63,509 nt of DNA, filler included, from Octopus bimaculoides (GCF_001194135.2; 6 parts of 5 records of this genome joined end to end with filler, not necessarily neighbours in it), one strand, 5' to 3'; positions 38,854 through 51,069 are shown, numbered from the whole stretch's first letter. Translations and numbers: made by a program. The notes: generated by a model not told the origin, from the letters alone.

Positions 38854-39102
38854 GTGGAGGCGCGTGGCTTAGTGGTTAGGGAATCAGCATCATGATCGTA
38901 AGATTGTGGTTTCGATTCCTGGACCGGGCGACGCGTTGTGTTCTTGAGCAAAACACTTCATTTCACGTTGCTCCAGTCCACTCAGCTGGCAAAAATGACT
39001 AACGCTGCGATGGACTGGCGTCCCGTCCAGCTGGGGAACACATACGCCATTGAAACAGGGAAATCGGGCCCATAAGCCTGGCTAGGCTTCAAAAGGGTGC
39101 AT
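38854..39102 (+). mobile_element. SINE family C with V-SINE/CORE-like body
   Basis: tRNA head (tggcttagtggttagg, ggtttcgattcc), then gtgttcttgagcaaaacactt and ctgcgatggactggcgtcccgtccag; domain naming is from recalled family motifs. Confidence 0.8.
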
Positions 39103-39276
39103 TTATATTATTTATATGTCGGCTTAAAAGACTCTTAAAAGACTTAAAAGAGAGAGACAGAGAAAGANNNNNNNNNNNNNNNNNNNNNNNNNNNNNNNNN
39201 NNNNNNNNNNNTTAATTAATTAANNNNNNNNNNNNNNNNNNNNNNNNNNNNNNNNNNNNNNNNNNNNGTAGAGGTA

Positions 39277-39345
39277 GGGGTATGTGGGTAGGGTGGGGTA
39301 TGTGGGTAGGGTGGGGTATGTGGGTAGGGGTGGGTGGTGGGTGTA
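39277..39345 (+). repeat. G-rich 18-bp tandem repeat x3 (ggggtatgtgggtagggt)
   Basis: Units start at 39277, 39295 and 39313. Confidence 0.9.
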
Positions 39346-41794
39346 AGGAATTGGATGGGGTGGAGTGGGAAGGTAGAGTAGGAGTGTGTTGGGGTGTGGT
39401 GGGATGAGCTTATGAGGGGGTGTTGACGAGGAGGGAGAAGGGGAAGGTGGATGTAAGAGAGGGGGAAGATGGGTATGGGAGGGGAGAGGATATATACATA
39501 TATATATGCATATATATACATATACTTACATATTTATACACTTATACACGTATGTCTCTATATAATTGTATATATATTATTAGATTGTATGGAGGTGAAA
39601 GCATCGGATTTCTGATATACGTTTTCGTATATTCAGTAGTGTAAAAATAAAACACATGCATTCAAATAACGGGAGTAAATAAACGATGGTTGACGGGAAA
39701 AGAACAGTGGCTAAGAGAAGGAAATGATCCAGCATAGTAAGGTGAGCCAGGAATAGTCTATACGAGCAATAACATGTCCTACCTCCACCAACACTGGCAT
39801 GATAATTACATTGTTGATAAATGGAGAAACATTCCACAGAATTCACCAAATCAATACTTTCCCGTTACTTGGCAACATGGAGCTATTATTAATGAGAGGA
39901 TACAGATCGATGCCGCTGGCTGGGTAAAAGCAACAAGAGAAGGAAGAGGAACAAAGTGCGAAAGAGAAAGATAGGAGAGAATACTGTAAACGAAAAATAG
40001 GTGAACTATGTAAAAACGTAAAGAATATAGTCGATAGTTGCAGCTGATATATATCTGCAGTTCTGTGTTTAAGAATTAGCGAGTGAATAATAATGTTCAA
40101 TGAGTATTGAAACTGGCCATGCGACAAATAAAGCCTTCGGTCGTTTATATGTCAGCAGGTCTTCCTATTAAGTTCCACATTCTATCAGGTAACTATACCT
40201 GTTTTTCAACACATTGACATTGGTCAAACCAATCAAAGGAAATCAATCATTGGAAATGATAAATGTTAGAATGAATATCGAGAACAATTTCAATATGATT
40301 CCATTGTAAATGAGTAATACTTATTTTGTGTTCGTTCCACTAACATTCAGTGAACACGCCTGGCTAGATTGATGAGTCACGAAGGATATGTTTGCCGTCA
40401 GACTGGCGTTCTTTTACCATCCGTTGATTTCCGCCAGATATGTCCGTCTCCATCTGTCTAATAGTTATACTACCTGTGAGTTCGGAAGTTGATACAAAAT
40501 ATTTGATTAATCATTTCTGGTTTACAATTATAGCGAGTGAAATACATACTTTTAGGGAATAATCACAAAAATATTCATAGCAGAAGAATAGTACATAAAC
40601 AAATACTCATCTGCTGACTGTGATGCTTAATTAACAACACGTCAGCTTTATTGATTGGCAGAAATTTCAAGTTTCCGTTTCAGATATATCAAGCTGAAAT
40701 TCCTTCAACTTGCAATGTGACATACAAACAGAACTATGTGAACATTGCTTTCTCTGACATATTCAACGAAGATATTATCTTCACTCTATAACAAACTAAA
40801 TTCTAACAAGCAAAACGTGTTTCTGAACAAGGAACATCTCAAGAAGTGTACTTTGAATGTCGCATGAGGGAATTTCTACGGGGCACATGGTCACACACCT
40901 GATGTAGACCAACCAAAATCTGCACAGGGTGAGAGTACTAGATTTGATAATTTGGAGTAGCAAATTTCATATTTCGGAAAAATAAATTTTTCTGATCAAT
41001 AAAGCTGTTGAGATTCATTCAGATATGTAGAAATAAATATAATTTATCTTTACCAAGGCCTAAAGGAAGAAATATGAAATAAGAGATAAATTAAGGAGTA
41101 AGTAGATAAAGGCAGTATTAAAATGCGCAGCCATCGTTGTAATGCCTTACAGTTAAATAATCCAAAATAGCAAGTAATAATGAAAAGCAGAATACGCATG
41201 AATTTGAGAACACATATACTGCAGAAGGTTTTATGAGATCAAAAGTAATATTATTTCAAAGATGAATCAAAATTTCAGATTCCATTTCAAATAATTATAT
41301 TCTACATTAAGGATATATTTATGCTTTTACAAATAATTTTCATTGTTGAAAAGAAGACCTAAAATTGCCCATACAGGTAGAATTTAGGATTTCTTAAATG
41401 CTATAGTAAACGACACGTTAACCAATGCACAAAATGACAGAAAACCGAACTAATTAACACTTTACGATGCAAGCATTGTTCACGAGGGATATTTTTCGGG
41501 TAACACAACCGCTTTGATCAAGTTTTGATTAATTGTCTTTTTTTTTTCTAATTACTCAAGTAGAAATGGCAGCTAAGAAGCGATTATTTGTAATATACAC
41601 TCTGCTAATACCATATTTAGTAACATCTGAGTTTTTAGATCCCTCATAAGCCTCCACGCTTTCACTCTGGATATCATATTATGGTAAAAGTCTCTATTTT
41701 AGAACAGTATTCCTATTACAAACAGTGTTACTGCCCACGAACGTAAATAGGAAACATATATTTACATAGATATTTGTTTTATTGTTTTATTGTT

Positions 41795-41990
41795 TTATTT
41801 TACTTGTTTCGATCATCTGAGTGCAGCCATGCTTTAGTCGAAAAAATCGACTGCAGGACTCTTTCGTTGTAGGCCTAGTACTTATTCTATAGGTCTTTTT
41901 CGCCGAACCGCTAAGTTTCGGGGACGCAAACACACCAAAATCGGTTGTCAAGCGATGATGGGGGCGGGCAAACACAGACACACACAGAGT
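41795..41990 (-). mobile_element. SINE family B, 3' half
   Basis: tacttgtttc...gcctagtacttattctat...ccgaaccgctaagtt...ggttgtcaagcgatg is the reverse complement of the family B 3' half. Confidence 0.88.
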
Positions 41991-42014
41991 GACGTAATAC
42001 ATACATACGTACAT

Positions 42015-42047
<33 letters not shown>

Positions 42048-42049
42048 AG

Positions 42050-44250
42050 TCAGCAATGAACTGCCCCTGTACTAATGCATGCAGAATGGTTTCCTCACCC
42101 CGCATGCCCCTCAGACAAGACCGTCTGACTGCACATCCATGCTTGTCGAGCTTATCACGAACCTGTAGCGACCCTACCCCATCGGTAGTACTGCTAGGCC
42201 AGAGATTTCTGGAAATTATCCATAGGACCCGGCCCAGGAATGCTCCAGATGAAACCAGCCATTTGAACTGCTCAACGCTCAGAATCTCTCTGAGATCGTT
42301 GTTGCTCATGCCCTTCACTAATCCCCTATAGAACTTCAAGATCGAACTTCCACCGACCCCATTGCCCGACTGGCTAAGGACTCTGAGCGATTGGAGACAG
42401 TCTAGGTTTTAAGCACCCTGTCGCAGTCTACGCCTGATCCAGGACTTTAGCTCCGTCAAGGAGACGAGCTGCGGAAAAGTGTATCTAACAAACGGCGACC
42501 ACGCCTGCTCACCGCAAAGGTATCGCTGCAGCCTCACCGCATGTCTGTACGGCATGGCCACGGCATGGCCACGGCAAGTGCCTACCAGTATGGCCACGAC
42601 CAGCGCCAATCTCTTTGCTAACAACTTGACCAAAATTTTGTAATCCGCCTTTAGTAGATTTACAAGCCTAAGTTATCAACAACGTTCTCCTTGTTAGGAT
42701 CCTTTGTCAGTAGCGTCACTACACGTCGGCTCAGAGATCTGGGGATTCTCCCGTTCTGCTGCCAAAATCTCACCGATCAAGTCTGGCATATGAAAATAAT
42801 TTTCGAAGAGAAGACCATCAAATTCCAAAGACTTCTCCCTCGTACAACTGTCCAGTGAGTCACGTATATCTTCCACTGTTATTGGTATTTCGCAGAACTC
42901 CGCATCCCTGTCCGAAAGCCGCGGAAGTCCATCGAGGTAGTAGGTGAAGTTCACCTCTGAACCATAGCGCGCATCCTCAAGTTGGGCAAAGTGCCGCTGA
43001 AATTCCGTATGAATCTCCTTACACTCGCATAGCATGCACCCGTCCCGACCCATCAACGACCGAATTGTGGTTTTATTGCCACGTTGTGCCTCGGCCACCC
43101 GGGGCCATCGAACCTCTTTCATTCCATCCTGTCTTAGAGCACGTGCCTAGCTTTGAAAATGCAACCTTCATGCTTAGTGTTGAAAAATTGGTTCAGAGCG
43201 AATCTCGCTGCCAGCACGTTTGTTGCTATGCCACTACTGAGAGCCTCTTCTAATTTCCTAACAAGTTCTCCTTCTACTCTAGTATTTCCTATCGCTATTT
43301 CCCTGCTAACCCGGTGTGTGGAAGCGTGGCGCGCCGAGGAAGGCGCGTTTATCTTCCAGTATCCGGGGTTCTGCTTATTGAGCCTACCTCGGTCGACCAT
43401 ACAGTTCAAAAATGTGTGGTCTTTATAGCTGACAACTTCAAATTGTGGATAACATATGCTATCTTTACCTGCTGGCCTACAAAATACCCTGTCTAGATAA
43501 GATCTGGATGATACAACCCTATTTACCCACGGTCATATTGGAGCATTCGGGAAATCAAGTCTGAACCTCTCAGCCAATTGGAAATGACTGAGCAGGTTTA
43601 CGAGGCTTGCACACCCCGCTTTCCTGTGGCTTAGCCCTACCCAATCCAGACGTGCATCCAAGATGGTGCTACAGTCGCCCATTAGCAATAAGGAGCGAGA
43701 CGTCCCAAGAAACACATCTAAAAGTCTAAAAAAATCCGACTGCCCCTTTCCGATCGGTGCGTACACAGCGACCGGTCTGAAGGCACTGTTTTCGTTATCA
43801 TTCAATTCCAGGTCCACCATTCTACCTTCCGCGTTCAAGAAGACCGACCGTATCTCGAGATCCAGGCCTTTCATGAACAACACCGCTACCCCACCCTTCA
43901 TTCTCGCTCTACTAAGAGATGCAAAAATCTGAATCATCGAAAATAGGTGCTAAGGCGTGCATGTCCGAAACCGTGGTCTCACTGGTAGCTATTACGTCTA
44001 GGTTTCGCAACTTGAGGTCATTGAGCAAGCGACCTTGCTTCCATAACGACCACAGACCGCGTATATTTATACTGGTGGTCTGAGCAATACTATGTTGGAC
44101 GATGCGAATGTGTGATGGCTTTGTAGGGGAGTGGGGGTGCCTATTACGTGCCTCTCGCAGGATGACGGTTTTTCGCAAGCAATTCCTTGTAAAATCTGAT
44201 ATTGAGGCCTTTTGAATCTCTCCTACATGCTGAGGATATCTAGATTCCAA
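42050..44250 (-). pseudogene. Tx1/L1-type ORF2 (AP endonuclease, truncated RT, C-terminal zinc finger)
   Basis: Collinear fragments 43912-44250, 43533-43937, 43134-43409, 42694-43122, 42409-42633 and 41911-42339. Confidence 0.85.
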
Positions 44251-44259
44251 AATGTTGTA

Positions 44260-45371
44260 GTCGCTTTGAATGTTTTTATGTGTACCAGTATATTTGTTGT
44301 TGGTATGACATAATTTAATTTAATATCCATGTTTGTGTATGTGTTCTATTAATTCGTCATTTTTAGTGCTTATAGCTGTGAGACTTATTGCTCATTTATG
44401 ATCATTTTGTCGAATGCAGTCCATCTGTTGTGTATGTAGGCTAAGTTGTGTTTGTGATGGTTGTGGAGGTTGTGGCGGGGATGATGTTATTGTTGCCTGT
44501 GTGTGTGTAGGTGAGTTTATGCATGGTGTTCTGTTGCTACTGTTCGTTCCCCTCTCCGTTTTCTCGAACTTGCCTTTTTTTGTCTGTTTATCGGGTGTGC
44601 TCTTCCGTTTTTTCCTTCATTTTCGTATAACTCTTTGCCATGCCTGTCCCTCCTGATTTCCATTGTTTTCTTCATCCGAATACGGGAGGGCTATTTCTTC
44701 CGCAGGCATTTGTTTTACTTTTGGCGTTGTTAATGGTATTGTCAATATCTTTGATAGGGAGTTCCTTGTTGCTACTGTTCTTGTTGTTGCTGCTGCTGGT
44801 CTGCAGTCTGCTTAACGTTGTACAGTTGCTTCCACTCCAGGCGTTGTTGTAGCTGCAGCTACTGCCGGCGCTCTATTGGTTTTTGTGGATGCTGTTGTGT
44901 ACAATTGTTTATGTTGGTGTTGTTGTTGCTGTCTCTACTGCTGCTGCTGCTGCTGCTGCTGGTGTTCTTGTTGTAGTGTCTATTATTGTTATGGTTGTAG
45001 TGGTGTTAATGTTTGCTGCGGCTCATTTTTCCGTTATCCTTCTTTCCTTAGGGCAACTGATTCTGATGAGATCTGAATCGCCACAGAAATAACACTGCGG
45101 TAATTTTCCTTCTATGACCACCTGCAGATGCTGGCCTCCAGAGATTTCTATTAGGTCGGGTATCTTCACTACGCTTTCTGGCTTTATTTGCAGTAGAATT
45201 TTCAACCTTATCCCAACCCAGTTCTACTATTTGGATATTTGGATTTTTAATTTCCGCCCCCCCCCCTCTAGCCTCTAGCAGGTTTTGAGGCACATTTAGT
45301 GCTGATTTTCTTTCTTCACATCTTATAATAATCTCAAATTCATTTAAATGTTCTTTATCCTTTAACGACAT
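44260..45371 (-). pseudogene. Tx1/L1-type ORF1 (nucleic acid-binding, degenerate CCHC knuckle, low-complexity C-terminus)
   Basis: ORF track 45048-45371 and 45023-45205 in adjacent frames; CX2CX4(L)X4C motif. Confidence 0.7.
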
Positions 45372-45918
45372 AATTTCAAACTTATTTGTAACGTTTGCGA
45401 GGGAAATGTTATTTCTATTTGAACCTTTTCATTCTTTTTTCGAAATTTTACTGAGTTGTGTAGTGGTGGTAGTGGTGGTGGTGGTGGTAGTGGTGATATT
45501 TTCCTTGAACAATTGGCTACTGCTAGTTATATTTCGTGCTTCATTGATCGAATTCTCATTACTCCTGACACTTCTACTGTGGTTGTTGTTGTTGTCATCG
45601 CTGTTGCTACTCCCCCTACTACTACCACTACCATTTACATCTTGAGTGAGTGTGGGGAGTGACGGTGAAGGAGGATTTCGCGTTCTACATCTATACCGAC
45701 TTCCCTCTCTTGTTGACTTGTTGAAAAAAAAGGGCGCCGCCATATTAAATTTTACAGATTTTCAAAAGAAAGTTAATTGTTGTTTCGAGTGAAAAAGAAA
45801 ACATAAAAATCAGACCAATATGGTCTAGATTGACACAGGCTATAACAAAAAATGTAACAGTAACAATCTTTTTAGAGGTAAGCAAGGCGCACACTTCGGG
45901 AGGTCCGAGATACACGTC

Positions 45919-45929
45919 CAGCTCTGGCG

Positions 45930-45994
<65 letters not shown>

Positions 45995-46037
45995 GATGAT
46001 GATGATGATAATAACACCAGTAGTAGTAGTAGTAGTA

Positions 46038-46067
<30 letters not shown>
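45919..46067 (+). repeat. Compound (AAT)n-(GAT)n-(AGT)n-(AAT)n microsatellite
   Basis: Direct reading. Confidence 0.95.
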
Positions 46068-46068
<1 letters not shown>

Positions 46069-46490
46069 GCCATTTTGGTAGTGAATGATGTAAGCTCGGA
46101 CAACGCGAATACAAAAGGAGACACGACAATGTGGCCAGATATATCCACTGGTTGTTGTGAGGTAAAGTAAACCTCGAGGGAGCCGAACAATGGTATGAAC
46201 ACAAACCAGAAAGTCTAATGGAAAACAAACATTACAAAATACTCTGGGATTTTAACATAGAGTGCGACCAAGTCATAGAGGCGAGCCGGTCAGATATCGT
46301 GATCATGCGTAAAGATGAAAAAGAAGCAAATATAATAGATGCTGCAATACCAGGCGATCTGACGGTGAAATGTAAGGAAACACAAAAGAGTGAGAAATAC
46401 TAGCCACTATGGGACGAGATAGGAAAGTTATGGGGCATGAGGAAAGTAATGGTGATACCGGTGATAATTGAAGCATTAGGAGCAGTTTTA
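46068..46490 (+). mobile_element. R4/Dong-like RLE endonuclease fragment
   Basis: CKLGQREYKRRHDNVARYIHW...WYEHKPESLMENKHYKILWDFNIECDQVIEASRSDIVIMRKDEKEANIIDAAIPGD...EKY*...LWGMRKVMVIPVIIEALGAV (RHD and PD..D-like motifs). Confidence 0.9.
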
Positions 46491-46968
46491 ATGAGCTTAT
46501 GGCCCTTATGCATAGAATATAATTACTAAATTTCGTAAAGATCCATTCAGTACTTTTANNNNNNNNNNNNNNNNNNNNNNNNNNNNNNNNNNNNNNNNNN
46601 NNNNNNNNNNNNNNNNNNNNNNNNNNNNNNNNNNNNNNNNNNNNNNNNNNNNNNNNNNCAGTACGTTTTGACCATTTTTTTAATAGTAAAAATGACTAAA
46701 ATTTGGGAGTTAAGGCCTCGGTTTTCATGAGTTCATGGCCCTTATGCATAGAATATAATTACTAAATTTCGTAAAGATCCATTCAGTACGTTTTGACCAT
46801 TTTTTTAATAGTAAAAATGACTAAAATTTGGGAGTTAAGGCCTCGGTTTTAATGAGTTCATGGCCCTTATGCATAGAATATAATTACTAAATTTCGTAAA
46901 GATCCATTCAGTACTTTTAACCAATCTTTTTAATAATAACAATGACTAAAATTTGGGAGTTAAGGCCC
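46488..46968 (+). repeat. ~125 bp tandem repeat array (at least 3 units, partly in gap 46559-46658)
   Basis: cagtac starts at 46659, 46784 and 46909; units near-identical (ggcccttatgcatagaatataattactaaatttcgtaaagatccattcagtac). Confidence 0.95.
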
Positions 46969-47353
46969 CCATTAAGGGGTTTTAGAATCCTTGTGAGAAG
47001 TGAAAGTTTGAGAATACATCTTGATGTGCTAATTAACCATGAGGACAATTTCATCAATATCGAACATTTATGAATTTTCATGGGGGTTCTGCACCCTTTA
47101 AGCCATCTGAAATTCAAACCAAACATATTGCATTATACCTGCCCTTATGCATTGCATCTCAGTCCCAAATATCATAAGGATCCATTCAGTAATGTTGGTC
47201 CATGATATTGAATGAAACACACAGCATTACCCTTCTTGCTAGGAGTTCATTTTGTGTTCCAAATTTCATTAGGATCAGTGAAGTAGTTTTCGAATGTATA
47301 AGTAACACCCGAACACACATAAAGACATTGACTTTTACATAATAGGTATGAAT
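46488..47353 (+). mobile_element. Probable non-autonomous Helitron/Helentron-like (DINE-like) element carrying the tandem array
   Basis: Recurrent caaatttc/aaatatc...gatc...cagt motifs outside the array and a ttgacttttacataataggtatgaat end resembling DINE-like termini; classification is inference. Confidence 0.4.
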
Positions 47354-48689
47354 ATACACATATGAATACACACATTAATTATGTTGTCTGCCGTGATACT
47401 TGCTTCTGTCATTTGTATCAAAATACAATGATAATGCAGATGACGGCGCGACGGAAACACATCGTGACAAAACTGTTAAGATGTCCATTAAACTCAGACC
47501 AGTATTCAATAATGATTTCAGTTTACTTCACTGTTTCTTTCTGATTCAATTGCTGAGTGTAGACTGTTATGTAACACATTATTAAATTGAATGTACATCT
47601 TACTAACCGAAATGTAAGGCCACACATTTCTTGGCTCGCAAAAATTTGACCTGGAAGAATCTTGAAAGTAGTTCTGCATATTATGCACTGGTTTATAGAT
47701 TTCACCTATAGATCGAATTTAGAAATCAATGTTTCAATTGCTTACTGTTATACAAACGGTTTTAGACATGAGTGCCTAAGGAAAATAGAGAAAAAAAGTA
47801 TAATTAATTTTCTGTATACACATCAAAAAATATTCTTGTCTTATACCTTATTTTTAATTAAAATACAAAAGAATTTTGTTTATAACATACATTTATATGG
47901 AAGAGTTGTAATGACGAAAAGAAATTTACAATCTGAGATAAAACGACATAGTTTCTGTCAATGACATACTACACATTTCTTTTATACATCAAATTACATT
48001 AGTTGGTCAATTTATATTATTAGAGCATTATGCTTCCTAAATATGAAGACTGTATCTGTATGAAAAAAGAAATTATAGATTTTATTTTCCATAATTGAAA
48101 TAGGAAACCTTAAAAAAAATTGCGCAAATATCCCAACATAACTTCTGTTTCCTTCTTGTAAACTTTGACATTCATAATTTCCCATGAAATAGAATTTCAT
48201 TGAATTTCAGTTTAATATAGCATATTTCCAAAATGTGTCTCATGCATCGGTTATATTACACAATTTGTAAACCTTTAATGCTGGAAAGTATTTCAACATA
48301 AACTATTTGAGTCCAATAGGAGACAATGAAAGAAACAATCGTTGTGTGTATAGTTGATCGAAATTAGTTGCGGCGAATATAGATTCGTGTTGAATAATTT
48401 CAGCGTAGATTAATTTACACGACACGACAACGAGTAATGCAACATTTTATAAAGTAACAATTGGTAACCGCATGTGTGAACAGGCGCTCGTAAGTGTGTC
48501 TCTCTCTACACGTGCATCTGTACATATAGAGAAATACAGGTGGCAATGGACACACATAAACATATTCATACATACCCAGCCTCCATATANNNNNNNNNNN
48601 NNNNNNNNNNNNNNNNNNNNNNNNNNNNNNNNNTTAATTAATTAANNNNNNNNNNNNNNNNNNNNNNNNNNNNNNNNNNNNNNNNNNNN

Positions 48690-48750
<61 letters not shown>

Positions 48751-48999
48751 CACACAGTCGCTGCTTTCTCGTGTACGAGCAAAGTCATTGCTAGAAAGAA
48801 TCATTGAAACGAGTCATTGATAATTCAATGTGAGGCCCTTGTATGACTCTTGAGCCCCACCAAAAGTTTGCACACGGTTGTATTGGCTGGCAGAGGGAGC
48901 AGGTGCCACAGTATGGGGTCTTTTGACATGCCTTTTTAATCCTCCAACTTAACGGCACACCTTTCCAAAAGGTTGCACATGTTCTGTTGTCAAGAATAG

Positions 49000-49412
49000 C
49001 TGCATCATAATTTACAAAGGGATCGATTCCCCTGTCTTCTTCGATGGCTGACCAGACCTGCACGACTTAAGCATTTCCTCCTAAAAATCACACACGTGAA
49101 AATCAATACTCCTCCATTTTCTACACGTTCATTCTTTCTAAGCTTTCCCCTGATCTTCTCGTGCTTCATTCTCTCTCTTTCTAAGCTTTCCCCTGATCTT
49201 CTCGTGCTTCATTCTCTCTCTTTCAAACTTCGAGGACTCTTTTCTTGTGCTCTTTTCCTCCGACTATTTCGGTCATGTGCTTCTCCTCTCTCCCAATCAA
49301 TATCTGAAATTCCTGTTTGTGTCAAAGCAGTTTTAAGGCCATCTTTGGACCTCGTTTTGGGTTTATATCCTGGCCTTTTACGATCATTCAGCTCACCATA
49401 CAAAAGTTGTTC
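49000..49412 (-). mobile_element. RTE LINE 3' fragment
   Basis: QLLYGELNDRKRPGYKPKTRSKDGLKTALTQTGI...DWE; terminal RKCLSRAGLVSHRRR; contains a 43-bp tandem duplication at 49135-49223. Confidence 0.85.
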
Positions 49413-49699
49413 GTGGAGGCACAATGGCCCAGTGGTTAGGGCAGCGGATTCACGGTTTCGATTGAAAGACCGGACGTTGTGAGTGTTTATTGAGCGAAAA
49501 CACCTAAAGCTCCACGAGGCTCCGGCAGGGGTTGGTGGCGAACCCTGCTGTACTCTTTCACCACAACTTTCTCTCACTCTTTCGTCCTGTTTCTGTTGTG
49601 CCTGTAATTCACACTCTGCGTCACACCGAATCTCCCCGAGAACTACGTTAAGGGTACACGTGTCTGTGGAGTGCTCAGCCACTTGCACGTTAATTTCAC
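49413..49699 (+). mobile_element. SINE with family C head and a different body, abutting the RTE fragment
   Basis: gtggaggcacaatggcccagtggttagggcagcgg matches 23970; downstream body unlike the 38854 copy. Confidence 0.8.
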
Positions 49700-50384
49700 N
49701 NNNNNNNNNNNNNNNNNNNNNNNNNNNNNNNNNNNNNNNNNNNNNNNNNNNNNNNNNNNNNNNNNNNNNNNNNNNNNNNNNNNNNNNNNNNNNNNNNNNN
49801 NNNNNNNNNNNNNNNNNNNNNNNNNNNNNNNNNNNNNNNNNNNNNNNNNNNNNNNNNNNNNNNNNNNNNNNNNNNNNNNNNNNNNNNNNNNNNNNNNNNN
49901 NNNNNNNNNNNNNNNNNNNNNNNNNNNNNNNNNNNNNNNNNNNNNNNNNNNNNNNNNNNNNNNNNNNNNNNNNNNNNNNNNNNNNNNNNNNNNNNNNNNN
50001 NNNNNNNNNNNNNNNNNNNNNNNNNNNNNNNNNNNNNNNNNNNNNNNNNNNNNNNNNNNNNNNNNNNNNNNNNNNNNNNNNNNNNNNNNNNNNNNNNNNN
50101 NNNNNNNNNNNNNNNNNNNNNNNNNNNNNNNNNNNNNNNNNNNNNNNNNNNNNNNNNNNNNNNNNNNNNNNNNNNNNNNNNNNNNNNNNNNNNNNNNNNN
50201 NNNNNNNNNNNNNNNNNNNNNNNNNNNNNNNNNNNNNNNNNNNNNNNNNNNNNNNNNNNNNNNNNNNNNNNNNNNNNNNNNNNNNNNNNNNNNNNNNNNN
50301 NNNNNNNNNNNNNNNNNNNNNNNNNNNNNNNNNNNNNTAGAATAAGTAGCCAGCTGAAAAAAAAAAAAGAAAAAAAAATGAAGT

Positions 50385-50467
50385 ACAGGGGTCGATAATC
50401 TCGATTAAAATTCTTCAAGGTGGTTCCTCAGCATGGTCGCAGTCTAATGACTGAAACAAGTAAAAGA
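50385..50467 (+). mobile_element. SINE family B, 3' end
   Basis: ggggtcgat...cagcatggtcgcagtctaatgactgaaacaagtaaaaga. Confidence 0.85.
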
Positions 50468-50555
50468 TTAAAGCTAATTTGCATATTTGCAATTAATATT
50501 TAAATCTTTTACTCCAAATTTTGGCAACAAAATCGCTACCAACTGTCTCTAGTGT

Positions 50556-50922
50556 TTTATTCTTCTACTTGTTTCGGTCATTTGACTGCGGCCATACTGG
50601 AGTACCACCTTTAGTCAAACAAATCGACCCCAGGACTTATTCTTTGTAAGCCTAGTACTTATTCTATTGGACTCTTTTGCCGAACCGCTAAATCACGGGG
50701 ACATAAACACATCAACCACACACATATATATACATATACATACGCACGCACACACATACGACGGGCTTCTTTCAGTGTCCGTCTACGAAATCCATTCACA
50801 AGGGTTTGGACGGTCCGAAGCTATAGTAGATGACAGTTTTTCAAAGTTCCACGGAGCAGAACTGAACCCACAACCATGTGGCTGGAAAGCAAACTTTTTA
50901 CCACACAACCACGCCTGCGCCT
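50556..50922 (-). mobile_element. Near full-length SINE family B
   Basis: Reverse complement of the family B tail, internal (CA/TA) tract and head (ttaccacacaaccacgcctgcgcc). Confidence 0.88.
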
Positions 50923-51069
50923 GTTTGCAGACGATTTATTTTTTTATTTTTATTTCTAAAGAAGAAACAACACAACATTTTTAAACATCCAGCCTTGCCT
51001 CTACGTCCTTAGCGCACCCTTAGGTGTTGGCGTCGCCTAATGAGTTTATATTGCTTCTCACGTCCATCT

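Larger units (their letters stand above)
42050..45745 (-). mobile_element. Tx1/L1-clade non-LTR retrotransposon relic (5' UTR, ORF1, ORF2 with large RT deletion)
   Basis: ORF1 from 45371 with CYFCGDSDLIRISC zinc knuckle; ORF2 APE: SINIRGL...DVIATSET, GGVAVL, VYAP, LLMGDCSTILD, PGYWKIN; linker EKSLEFDGL; RT start ADYKILVKLLAKRL; C-terminal CAVRRSC...EETILHALV. Confidence 0.88.

Noticed and set aside
46488-46968. CRISPR-like array
   Set aside because: Contiguous tandem units with no unique spacers, in a eukaryotic context.
47437-47470. cagatga...gaaac as another hammerhead relic
   Set aside because: No convincing stem I or cleavage triplet.
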